A DNA stretch of 64,000 bases from Acidimicrobiia bacterium (GCA_030431785.1 JAUIIM010000001.1:70409-134408); one strand, 5' to 3'. Shown: positions 17,263 to 25,532, counted from the first letter of the stretch. Numbers and translations: made by a program. The notes: a model not told the origin generated them from the sequence alone.

Positions 17263-18138
17263 CTACACGCCATCCCACGCCGCTTCCTCGATCAGGTCAA
17301 GGAGTGCTGCGTTCCCGGCTGGTGTCAGATGTACCAAATCGCTGCGGAGGTACACGTCTTCGTTGCCGGTGGCAGCGGTGTGCCAATCGACCAGGAACGC
17401 GTTGTCATACCGGTCCACGCCTGCCTCGATGATCGCGTTCGTCTCCGATTCCCACCCTCGGTCGATCCGGAGGTTGACGAACAGCACACGAGGCACCAGC
17501 GCGGCCACCTCCATGATTCGATCCATCCGTTCGTCCGTTGCTCCACCGTTCGCACCGAGATTGACCACGAGGAGCTGGGGTCCATCGGGTCGGTCGACCA
17601 TGTCGATGACCGCATCGACTCCCTCGCCAAACGGGCGACTGGTTCGGGCATTGATTCGTGCACCGACAAATCGCTCCTCGATCTCGCTCGTCGCTCCCAC
17701 CGTCAGCGAATCTCCGACGAACACCGCCCACCCTTCAGGCGGTTCGAACAGGAAGGGGACCGCTGCCGTCCGCGTCGAGCCGTCGGGGTTGGTGGCAGTG
17801 ACGACCAACGTGTTCTCGCCCGGCTGACTCCACACATCGTCGAACCGGAAGACCCCGTGCTCGTCGACATCGGCTTCGACATCGTTGACCGTCACCGTCG
17901 CCCCGGGACTCGTCCTGCCATCGATCACTGTCTGGTACACGTCGACGGTCTCGCCGGGTGCGAGATCGAACGTCAGGTCGGGTGGGTCGGATCCTTCGGG
18001 TTCTCCGATGTTGATGAACGTGGTGGTCGTCTCGGCCCCGGGCGGGACGGTGGTAGTGGCGTCTTCGCTCCCGGTCGTGCAGGCGGCGAGGGCGAGACCG
18101 AGTGCGAGCACGCATGCGCCGATCCGCCGGAATCTCAT
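17263..18138 (-). CDS. Lipoprotein with an N-terminal Ig-like region and a C-terminal SGNH-hydrolase domain paralogous to the OatA C-terminal domain
   Basis: ORF 17263..18204. Start is ATG 18138 (MRFRRIGACVLALGLALAACTTGS lipobox). FVGDSLTVGA...VVNLGANGG...DLVHLTPAG parallel FIGDSVMYGA...VLHLGTNGP...DRVHLNGEG of the neighbouring acyltransferase. Confidence 0.7.
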   Translation of the reverse strand: MRFRRIGACVLALGLALAACTTGSEDATTTVPPGAETTTTFINIGEPEGSDPPDLTFDLAPGETVDVYQTVIDGRTSPGATVTVNDVEADVDEHGVFRFDDVWSQPGENTLVVTATNPDGSTRTAAVPFLFEPPEGWAVFVGDSLTVGATSEIEERFVGARINARTSRPFGEGVDAVIDMVDRPDGPQLLVVNLGANGGATDERMDRIMEVAALVPRVLFVNLRIDRGWESETNAIIEAGVDRYDNAFLVDWHTAATGNEDVYLRSDLVHLTPAGNAALLDLIEEAAWDGV

Positions 18139-18212
18139 GGCGTGTGCGGCGTCGGCTCTATGCTCGCAGGCAGGTATCACCCGTTTCCCCCGAGTGGTGG
18201 ACATCTACGCAT

Positions 18213-20144
18213 ATGCAAGCAGCGGAAGAGCGATATCTGGATGATCTGGAGCCGCCGCTCCGGTTGCCCTACCTGAGGGGTCTCGATGGGCTTCGGGCAA
18301 TCGCGGTAATCGCCGTCGTGCTCTATCACGCCGAGGTTCCCTGGGCACGTGGCGGGTTCCTGGGGGTGGAGGTGTTCTTCGTCATCTCCGGCTACCTGAT
18401 CACGTCGTTGCTGCTCCTCGAGTGGTTACGGGACGGCCGCGTCGACATGAAGCGGTTCTGGATCCGCCGGGCCCGTCGCTTGCTCCCTGCCGTCGCATTG
18501 CTTCTCGTGACTGTGGCGCTGGCGGTGACGCTGTTCTATCGAGATGGGCTCAATCGGTTGGCTGAGGACGTCGGGGCGGCACTCGGCTACTTCACCAACT
18601 GGTTCCTGATCGTCAAGGACGTCTCCTATTTTGATTCCTTCGCACGCCCATCGCTGCTCCAGCACCTGTGGTCACTGAGCGTCGAGGAACAGTTCTATGT
18701 GTTGTGGCCGATTGTGTTCTCGGTCGGCTTCTGGCTTCTCAGGTCGTCGGATCGACGGCGCACCATCCGGTCGTTCCTGGTCGTGACCGTCCTCGGAATA
18801 GCGACGTCGACGATCCTCATGGCCGTCCTCTTCACTCCGTTCGACGACCCATCGCGGGTCTACTACGGGACCGACACCCGTGCCGCAGGAATCCTCGTCG
18901 GTGTCGCCACCGCGTTGCTCGCGATCCCGTGGCGTGCGCACCCCGACCCGACGCGACGTGCCCGCACCGCCATGGCTGGTGTCGGTTGGGCGTCACTCGT
19001 GACGCTCATCGTCATCCTCGCGACGATGGACGAGTTCTCGGCGTTCCTCTATCGAGGGGGATTCCTCCTCACCTCTCTGGTGACCGCGGGCCTGATCGTG
19101 GCGGCCGTGAGCCCCGCCAGGGTCTTCGGACCGTTGCTCGACAACCCATTGACGCAGTGGATCGGCACCCGGAGCTACGGAATCTATCTCTGGCACTGGC
19201 CCGTGTTCATGGTCACCCGACCTGGCGTCGAGGTCGCTGATCGGTCTTGGCTCACCTTTGCGCTGCGCCTCTCCGTCACCCTTGTGATCGCGGAGATCTC
19301 GTACCGGCTCGTCGAGATGCCGATCCGTCGCAACGGGCTCCGTGCGTGGGGGCGCGGACTCGCAACCGTCCTACGACCATCCGGGACCGCGCTTCGTGGA
19401 CTCGCCGGCGCCCTTCTCTTGCTGTTGGCGCTGGGCTCGGCGACCGTGGTACTCGGATTGTCCGGTTCGCCGGATGCAGTCGCAGGTGTATCAGACCCCA
19501 GCAAGTTCATGGTCACGTCGTCGTTGGACGCGACGACTGACACCGCCGCCGTCGTGACAGAGGCCCTGCCAGCCCCTGGTAACCGATCTCTCACAGTGCC
19601 GGACTTCGTGCTCGATCGGGTTCAAACTGAGGTGACCACGACGACGGTCGAAGCCATGCCACCGGCACCGCTTCCATCGATCACGTTCATCGGTGACTCG
19701 GTCATGTATGGGGCACGGCACGAGGTCACCGATGAGTTCCCGAACACGGTGTGGGTGGATGCACTCGAGAACCGCCAGTTCTCGGCAGCCAAGCGCATCG
19801 TCGAGCGGATGCGCGATCGAGACGAGCTCGGCGATGTTGTGGTGCTCCACCTCGGAACCAATGGCCCGTTCTCGGCGGATGAGTTCGACACACTTCTCAC
19901 GGCACTCGCTGATCGAGATCGGGTCGTCCTCGTGACGGCCAAGGTGCCACGCCGGTGGGAGGAAACCGTCAATCGCACGATCGCAGAGGGGGCCGACCGG
20001 TGGGAGATCGTCGAGGTCTTCGATTGGCACACCCTCGGGAACGAGAACCCACAGTGGTTCTATTCAGACCGGGTTCACCTCAACGGGGAGGGCAAGGCTG
20101 CCTACGCCGACGCCCTTTCGTCGTTCCTGGCTACCGGGTCCTGA
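18213..20144 (+). CDS. Acyltransferase-3 family membrane O-acyltransferase with a C-terminal SGNH domain (OatA-like)
   Basis: ORF 18102..20144. Start is ATG 18213 (MQAAEERYLDDLEPPLRLPYLRGLDGLRAIAVIAVVLYHA). About 10-11 TM segments, then an SGNH domain. Confidence 0.85.
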   Translation: MQAAEERYLDDLEPPLRLPYLRGLDGLRAIAVIAVVLYHAEVPWARGGFLGVEVFFVISGYLITSLLLLEWLRDGRVDMKRFWIRRARRLLPAVALLLVTVALAVTLFYRDGLNRLAEDVGAALGYFTNWFLIVKDVSYFDSFARPSLLQHLWSLSVEEQFYVLWPIVFSVGFWLLRSSDRRRTIRSFLVVTVLGIATSTILMAVLFTPFDDPSRVYYGTDTRAAGILVGVATALLAIPWRAHPDPTRRARTAMAGVGWASLVTLIVILATMDEFSAFLYRGGFLLTSLVTAGLIVAAVSPARVFGPLLDNPLTQWIGTRSYGIYLWHWPVFMVTRPGVEVADRSWLTFALRLSVTLVIAEISYRLVEMPIRRNGLRAWGRGLATVLRPSGTALRGLAGALLLLLALGSATVVLGLSGSPDAVAGVSDPSKFMVTSSLDATTDTAAVVTEALPAPGNRSLTVPDFVLDRVQTEVTTTTVEAMPPAPLPSITFIGDSVMYGARHEVTDEFPNTVWVDALENRQFSAAKRIVERMRDRDELGDVVVLHLGTNGPFSADEFDTLLTALADRDRVVLVTAKVPRRWEETVNRTIAEGADRWEIVEVFDWHTLGNENPQWFYSDRVHLNGEGKAAYADALSSFLATGS

Positions 20145-20304
20145 TTCACGGTGTGCTGCGGGGAGATTCTCCCTACACTTGCTGCATCCAGTCGACACCG
20201 AACGTGGTGTCGCCGTGTGCGTCGGGTTCCGATGCCGCGTCAATCCTGCTCCCGCCACTCGCGGGGGCCGTCCGCTCAGCGGATGTCCAGAGGAGGAACA
20301 TCAC

Positions 20305-20592
20305 ATGCGTTCGTATGAGCTCATGGTGATCCACCGCTATGACATGGCAGAAGCCGATGTCAGGTCGGCGGTCGATGAGGTCGAGAAGGCCATCACCGAT
20401 CGCGACGGCGTGGTCACCGCAACCGATTTCTGGGGCAAGCGTCGCTTCGCCTATGAGATCGACCACATGACCGAGGGCTTCTACACCGTCCTCAATTTCG
20501 ACGGTGAAGTCGAGCTCCAGCAGACCCTCGATCGGTCGCTCGGCCTGCTCGACAGCGTGGTCCGACACAAGATCGTTCGCTCACCAAACTAG
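20305..20592 (+). CDS. rpsF: 30S ribosomal protein S6
   Basis: ORF 20179..20592. Start is ATG 20305, after AGGAGG (20291-20296). MRSYELMVIH...WGKRRFAYEIDHMTEGFY. Confidence 0.92.
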   Translation: MRSYELMVIHRYDMAEADVRSAVDEVEKAITDRDGVVTATDFWGKRRFAYEIDHMTEGFYTVLNFDGEVELQQTLDRSLGLLDSVVRHKIVRSPN

Positions 20593-20655
20593 AAATCGTC
20601 ACAGCAAGTCCGCACAATGTCGGTGACGACAGCGGGCGAAAGAGAAGAGAGAGAC

Positions 20656-21102
20656 ATGAGCAACAGTGTGACCCTCGTAGGCAACCTCGTCGAAGATCCT
20701 GAACTCCGTTTCACTGCGAGCGGTGTGGCGATGGCCCGCATTCGTCTTGCGGTCAACCGTCGCTGGCGCGACAACAACAACGAGTGGCAGGAAGAGACGA
20801 GCTTCTTCGGGGGAACCTGCTGGCGAGATGTGGCGGAGAACGTCGCGGAGTCGCTGTCGAAGGGCGATCGGGTATTCATCACCGGACGTCTTGAGCAGCG
20901 CAACTGGGAGACCAACGAGGGAGAGAAGCGCTCGATCATCGAGGTACGCATCGATGAAGTCGGCCCTTCACTCCGTTGGGCGACCGCCCAGGTCTCCAAG
21001 ACGCCGCGCAACAACGCCGGCGGCTCCTACGGCGGCGGTGGATCCACTCCACCAGCGCCTGTTGCTCGGGACGACTTCGGTGCCGACGAGGCCCCGTTCT
21101 AG
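20656..21102 (+). CDS. ssb: Single-stranded DNA-binding protein
   Basis: ORF 20617..21102. Start is ATG 20656 (MSNSVTLVGNLVEDPELRFTASGVAMARIRLAVNRRW). Gly-rich tail ending DEAPF. Confidence 0.92.
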   Translation: MSNSVTLVGNLVEDPELRFTASGVAMARIRLAVNRRWRDNNNEWQEETSFFGGTCWRDVAENVAESLSKGDRVFITGRLEQRNWETNEGEKRSIIEVRIDEVGPSLRWATAQVSKTPRNNAGGSYGGGGSTPPAPVARDDFGADEAPF

Positions 21103-21129
21103 TCGCTCTCACGAGAGGACAAACTCACC

Positions 21130-21396
21130 ATGGCAAATCCAAAGAACCAGAAACGCGGACGCCGGCGTCGCCCGGATGTCGGCCCCAAGAAGAAGCGCGT
21201 CGTCCACAAGTTCGGACCTGACGACGTCGTGGATTACAAGGACGTCGCACTCCTTCGCAAGTTCATGTCCGACCGCGGGAAGATCCGTTCCCGTCGTGTC
21301 ACCGGCCTGAGCCCGAAGCGTCAGCGCGAGGTCGCAGCGGCGATCAAGAACGCTCGCGAAATGGCCCTGCTGCCCTACACCCAGACGAGGCACTAG
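21130..21396 (+). CDS. rpsR: 30S ribosomal protein S18
   Basis: 88 aa. [49 protein letters not shown]. Confidence 0.92.
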   Translation: MANPKNQKRGRRRRPDVGPKKKRVVHKFGPDDVVDYKDVALLRKFMSDRGKIRSRRVTGLSPKRQREVAAAIKNAREMALLPYTQTRH

Positions 21397-21398
21397 CG

Positions 21399-21845
21399 AT
21401 GAAGGTCATCCTCACCAAGAACGTCGAAACGCTCGGGAGCAAGGGTGATGTGGTGGACGTGTCCGACGGATACGCCCGCAACTATCTCGTCCCCAAGAAG
21501 CTTGCGGTCAAGGCATCCGACGGTGCGTTGCGCCAAGCAGAGGCAATGCGCGAAGCCCGGATCGCCCAGGAGGCACAGGCCCTTGATGATGCACGGCAGC
21601 TCGCCGAGTCGCTCGAGGGAACCCGGGTCGTGGTCGCCGCACGTGCGGGAGACGCAGGGAACCTGTTCGGTTCGATCGGTGCGCCGGATGTCGCGGCAGC
21701 GATCGTGAAATTCACCGGCATCGAGATCGATCAGAAGATCGTCGACATCCCATCGCCGATCAAGGAGATCGGGCTCCATGAAGTCATGGTGCGCCCGCAC
21801 TCCGAGGTCGAGGTCGGTGTCACTCTGGACGTCATCCCGGCGTAG
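21399..21845 (+). CDS. rplI: 50S ribosomal protein L9
   Basis: 148 aa. MKVILTKNVETLGSKGDVVDVSDGYARNYLVPKKLAV. Confidence 0.92.
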   Translation: MKVILTKNVETLGSKGDVVDVSDGYARNYLVPKKLAVKASDGALRQAEAMREARIAQEAQALDDARQLAESLEGTRVVVAARAGDAGNLFGSIGAPDVAAAIVKFTGIEIDQKIVDIPSPIKEIGLHEVMVRPHSEVEVGVTLDVIPA

Positions 21846-21860
21846 CGCCACTGCGCGGCG

Positions 21861-21890
21861 AGATCCCAGATCTCAGATCCCAGATCACAG
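21861..21890. repeat. Heptanucleotide microarray (AGATCNC)n, 4 units
   Basis: AGATCCC AGATCTC AGATCCC AGATCAC, 16 nt after the rplI stop. This is a cyclic permutation of the motif at 8887-8928. Confidence 0.7.
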
Positions 21891-21892
21891 TA

Positions 21893-21916
21893 GAGCCGGT
21901 CCGACAGGGCCGGCTC
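21893..21916 (+). terminator. Putative terminator hairpin of the rpsF-rplI operon
   Basis: GAGCCGG-tccgacaggg-CCGGCTC is a 7-bp GC stem followed by the T-containing tract gctgcttgttgctgctgattctc. There is no clean U-run. Confidence 0.4.
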
Positions 21917-22013
21917 GCTGCTTGTTGCTGCTGATTCTCATGGGCTGGAGGTCGGCGCACCTTCCAGAGATTGGGTATCGTTGTGCTCGTTGCCTAGGTA
22001 GGAGTGGGTCACC

Positions 22014-23588
22014 GTGCACACTGTTCGCCGTCCGAGAACCGTCGTCGTTGCAGTCTTCGTCCTTGCCCTGATCGCTGTCGGTCTTGGCCAGCGATCCGCG
22101 AGTGCGGGTGCGTTCGTCGATGTCGATCCGGAGGACTACTTCGCCGATGCGGTGGACTGGATGGTCGATCAGGGGATCACGCAAGGCACGTCTCCGTCGA
22201 CCTTCTCTCCCGACGATCCTGTGACCCGGGCGCAGGCTGCCGCCTTTCTCCATCGGTTCGGCTTCGAGTGGGACGGCGTCGATCATCCGTTCACCGATGT
22301 CCCATCCGAGTCGTACTACGAGGATGCCGTCGGCTGGCTGATGATGCGGATGATCACGCAAGGCGTGTCGGCGACCGAGTTCGGTCCGGATCTGATACTG
22401 AGCCGCGCCCAGATCGCGACGTTCCTCTACCGATACGCCGGGGAGCCGGAGGTATCGGCCTCGTCCGGGTTCTCCGATGTCCCTGACGGGATGTGGTTCT
22501 CGGACCCGATCGCCTGGATGGTCGAGCAGGGGATCACGCAAGGCACCTCAGCCTCGACCTTCTCACCTGAGCAGACAGTCACACGTGCCCAGTTCGCCAC
22601 CTTCCTGTGGAGGTATGTCGGCGAGCCTGCAGTCGGTGAGGTGATGCAGCGCGAACGGCAGCCGGTCCTGTACGACTGCGAACTCCAGACGGTGCTCTAC
22701 GGGGAAGAATGCACCGCAATCGTCGCACTCCACCAGCACACGGACGGGCGATACTGGACCAACACGGGCGGTTGGCTGAAGACTCCGAACCCATGCGGGT
22801 GGCTGGGTCTCGATTGCGAAGGACTGACGGTCACGGCCATACGACTCCCCGACAACAACCTCGTGGGGACACTTCCCGACGACATCACGATGCTGACCTC
22901 GCTACGGGTCCTTGAGCTGAACTCGAATTCGATCTCCGGGCCGATCCCATCGTCGGACTTCGACAATCTGGATTCGCTGGAAGAGCTGGATCTCCAACAC
23001 AACGAGCTGACCGGATCGATACCTTCGGGGATCGACCAGTTGACTTCACTACAGTTCCTCACTCTCAATTCGAACAGCCTGAACGGCTCGTTTCCCGCCG
23101 GGATCACGTCACTCGTCGAGCTGGTCACCGTTCGTCTCGACAACAACCGACTCACCGGCAGCTTGCCGTCGGACCTCGGGTCCTTGACCAAGGTCCAACG
23201 ATTCGACGTGTCGAGCAACCTCTTGTCAGGGTCCGTCCCGACATCGATCGGCTCGATGGCCGACCTCCAATTCTTGCGACTCCAGGACAACGGTTTCACC
23301 GGGACTCTCCCGTCGGAGCTTGGCTCGCTTTCGAACCTGCTCCACCTCGTGATCTCGGGCAACGACTTCGCTGGGTCGATCCCATCCACCTTCAGCGACC
23401 TGTCGGCGGCCACCTGGATCGACATTTCGTACAACCAGCTGGAGGGTGCGGTTCCCCCATCAATGCAATCACTGCCTGACCTGGCAACGTTCACCCTCCG
23501 CGGGAACGGATGCTTCACGGCGGTTGACGGAATCCTGACGCTCTGGCTGGACGGCATGGATCCACTCTGGGATGACGGCTGCCCGTGA
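22014..23588 (+). CDS. Paralog of 3703..5856: three SLH-type domains, an LRRNT-like cap and about 9-10 plant-type LRRs
   Basis: 524 aa with a GTG start. Signal anchor VVVAVFVLALIAVGLGQRSASA. SLH units share long identical stretches with the paralog (YFADAVDWMVDQGITQGTSPSTFSPDDPVTRAQAAAFLHRFG). ECTAIVALHQHTDGRYWTN..W...NPCGWLGLDCEG cap. C-terminal WDDGCP. Confidence 0.85.
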   Translation: MHTVRRPRTVVVAVFVLALIAVGLGQRSASAGAFVDVDPEDYFADAVDWMVDQGITQGTSPSTFSPDDPVTRAQAAAFLHRFGFEWDGVDHPFTDVPSESYYEDAVGWLMMRMITQGVSATEFGPDLILSRAQIATFLYRYAGEPEVSASSGFSDVPDGMWFSDPIAWMVEQGITQGTSASTFSPEQTVTRAQFATFLWRYVGEPAVGEVMQRERQPVLYDCELQTVLYGEECTAIVALHQHTDGRYWTNTGGWLKTPNPCGWLGLDCEGLTVTAIRLPDNNLVGTLPDDITMLTSLRVLELNSNSISGPIPSSDFDNLDSLEELDLQHNELTGSIPSGIDQLTSLQFLTLNSNSLNGSFPAGITSLVELVTVRLDNNRLTGSLPSDLGSLTKVQRFDVSSNLLSGSVPTSIGSMADLQFLRLQDNGFTGTLPSELGSLSNLLHLVISGNDFAGSIPSTFSDLSAATWIDISYNQLEGAVPPSMQSLPDLATFTLRGNGCFTAVDGILTLWLDGMDPLWDDGCP

Positions 23589-23791
23589 CCCGGAGGGCTC
23601 ACCGTTCTGCGGCTCGCACCACAGAGCGCGAAACACAACCGTGAACGGGAAAACTTTGCGGTCCGCGAGCTTTCGGATGTAGACGGACCGTTCGTACAAT
23701 CGCCACGCTGGCGCCGACGCCCTACGACGGAATCTGTCATACCCGTCGTGCAGCATGTCGGGAGCCGTGTTGACGACACCGAGGAGGACCG

Positions 23792-25150
23792 GTGACCACA
23801 CTGATGGAGCCGCAGGCATCGAGGGGAACCCGCGTTGCCCCCCACAGCACCGAAGCGGAAGTCTCCGTACTCGGCGCGATGCTCCTGTCGGTGGATGCGG
23901 TCAACACGGCTCACGAGCTGCTCCAGCCCGACGACTTCTACGTTCCGGCGCATCAATCGGTGTTCCAGGTCACGAAGAAGCTGTTCGACGACCAACAGGC
24001 CGTCGATGCGGTAACGGTCTCCGAAGGGCTCCGACGCCTCGACCTCCTCGACAAGGTCGGAGGCATCGACTTCCTCACCGGCATCGTCGATGCGGTCCCG
24101 TCGACGTCGAACACCGAGTACTACGCAAACATCATCAAGGAGCACAGCCTCCGTCGGCGGCTGATGCGCGTCGCCAACGAGATCGGGCAGCTTGCGACGA
24201 AGACGGCCGAACCGATCGAGGAAGTCGTCGACCAGGCTGAGCGGGCCGTGTTCGCGGTGTCCGAGGACAAACTCGGTGACGGCCTCCAGGCGATCACGCC
24301 GCTCCTCGGTCAGACCCTCGAGGAGGCGGAGGAACGCCAGCGTCTCGGGTCGGAAGTCACCGGACTCTCCACCGGGTTTCGGGACCTCGACCGAAAACTG
24401 TCGGGTCTCCATGCGACCAACCTTGTCATCATCGCTGCACGTCCCGGCATGGGTAAGTCGTCGCTTGCGTTCAACATCGCCCAGAACGTGGGGATCGCCG
24501 GTCACAGCGTGGCCCTCTTCACGATGGAGATGAGTCGCGAGGAAGTCGTCACGCGACTGATGTGCTCGAAAGCCCGCGTGGATTCGCAGAAGCTGCGTAC
24601 GGGGAAACTCACCGAGAACGACTTCACGAAGCTCGCCAACGCAGCGGGGGCGTTCTACGACGCCAACATCTACGTCGACGACTCCCCGGGGCTCACGGTG
24701 ACGGCGATCCGCGCAAAGTGTCGACGGCTGCAACGGCAGTACGGACTCGACATGGTCGTGGTCGACTATCTGCAGCTCATGAACGGTTCCGGTCAGGAGA
24801 ACCGTCAGCAGGAGATCGCCATGATCTCGCGATCGCTCAAGAGCCTCGCACGGGAGCTCCACGTTCCCGTCGTCGCCCTCTCCCAGCTCAACCGCGGCGT
24901 CGAAGCCCGTGAGGACAAACGCCCACGGTTGGGGGACCTTCGTGAATCCGGTGCTGTCGAGCAGGACGCCGATGTCGTCATGTTCATCTACCGCGACGAG
25001 TACTACCACCCCGACAAGATCGAGTCGAAGGGTGTCGCCGAAGTCGTCGTCGCCAAACACCGCCAGGGCGATGTCGGCAAGATCGACATGACATACCTCC
25101 CCGAGTTCACCCTCTTCGCCGACATGGGTCGCGCCGACGCACCGATGTGA
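23792..25150 (+). CDS. dnaB: Replicative DNA helicase DnaB (no intein)
   Basis: 452 aa. PHSTEAEVSVLGAMLL, ARPGMGKSSLAFN (Walker A), VVVDYLQLM, SQLNRGVEAREDKRPRLGDLRESGAVEQDADVV. Confidence 0.92.
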   Translation: MTTLMEPQASRGTRVAPHSTEAEVSVLGAMLLSVDAVNTAHELLQPDDFYVPAHQSVFQVTKKLFDDQQAVDAVTVSEGLRRLDLLDKVGGIDFLTGIVDAVPSTSNTEYYANIIKEHSLRRRLMRVANEIGQLATKTAEPIEEVVDQAERAVFAVSEDKLGDGLQAITPLLGQTLEEAEERQRLGSEVTGLSTGFRDLDRKLSGLHATNLVIIAARPGMGKSSLAFNIAQNVGIAGHSVALFTMEMSREEVVTRLMCSKARVDSQKLRTGKLTENDFTKLANAAGAFYDANIYVDDSPGLTVTAIRAKCRRLQRQYGLDMVVVDYLQLMNGSGQENRQQEIAMISRSLKSLARELHVPVVALSQLNRGVEAREDKRPRLGDLRESGAVEQDADVVMFIYRDEYYHPDKIESKGVAEVVVAKHRQGDVGKIDMTYLPEFTLFADMGRADAPM

Positions 25151-25173
25151 GCCGAGTGTCAGCGCTGCTGGCA

Positions 25174-25447
25174 CTCGGAGACCGCAGCTTCGCTTCGCTC
25201 GCTGCTTCAAGACCGCACCTCGCTGGCGCTCGGCACTCCAAGACGCAAGACCGCATCTCGCTCCACTCGATGCTCAAAGACGGCGGTCCGACTGTTCGAT
25301 ATCCGACGCTCTCGGAGACCGCAGCTTCGCTTCGCTCGCTGCTTCAAGACCGCACCTCGCTGGCGCTCGGCGCTCCAAGACGCAAGACCGCATCTCGCTC
25401 CGCTCGATGCTCAAAGACGACGGTCCGACTGTCCGAAATCCGACCAT
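25174..25447. repeat. Direct tandem duplication, 2 x 137 bp, noncoding, immediately downstream of dnaB
   Basis: Copy 1 is 25174-25310 and copy 2 is 25311-25447. My hand alignment gives 7 mismatches, and the first 58 nt are identical. Each copy contains three sub-repeats of AGACCGCAnCTYCGCT. Confidence 0.85.
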
Positions 25448-25514
25448 CCGATATCCGATGCTCATGGCTCATGGCTCATGGCTCATGGCTCACGGCCTAG
25501 GGCTCACGGCTCCC
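25431..25514. repeat. Composite heptanucleotide array, 12 phase-locked units: (ATCCGAN)x4 then (GGCTCAY)x8
   Basis: GTCCGAA ATCCGAC CATCCGA TATCCGA TGCTCAT GGCTCAT GGCTCAT GGCTCAT GGCTCAC GGCCTAG GGCTCAC GGCTCCC. Ends 19 nt before the EamA start. Confidence 0.8.
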
Positions 25515-25532
25515 AAGCTCTATCCTCCCGTG

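Noticed and set aside
17026-18276. 416-aa plus-strand ORF (and the 164-aa ORF at 16784..17278) across the tandem element and SGNH lipoprotein gene
   Set aside because: The N-terminal part merely translates the noncoding tandem repeat. The remainder is antisense to a lipoprotein gene with a lipobox and SGNH motifs.
23792-25150. Intein in dnaB
   Set aside because: The protein is 452 aa with contiguous helicase motifs, so no insertion is present.
22697-25210. 837-aa ORF on the minus strand spanning the LRR paralog and dnaB
   Set aside because: It crosses two independently well-supported plus-strand genes, including the whole of dnaB. Its composition is low-complexity Arg/Asp/Gly/Val, so it is a shadow ORF.
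25147-25500. 117-aa ORF downstream of dnaB
   Set aside because: Its sequence is just the translation of the 137-bp tandem duplication and the heptamer array. There is no RBS and its composition is not protein-like.
25174-25514. Possible CRISPR array
   Set aside because: There are only two contiguous 137-bp copies with no unique spacers, then 7-nt units. No cas genes are in the window, and the repeat sizes are wrong for CRISPR.
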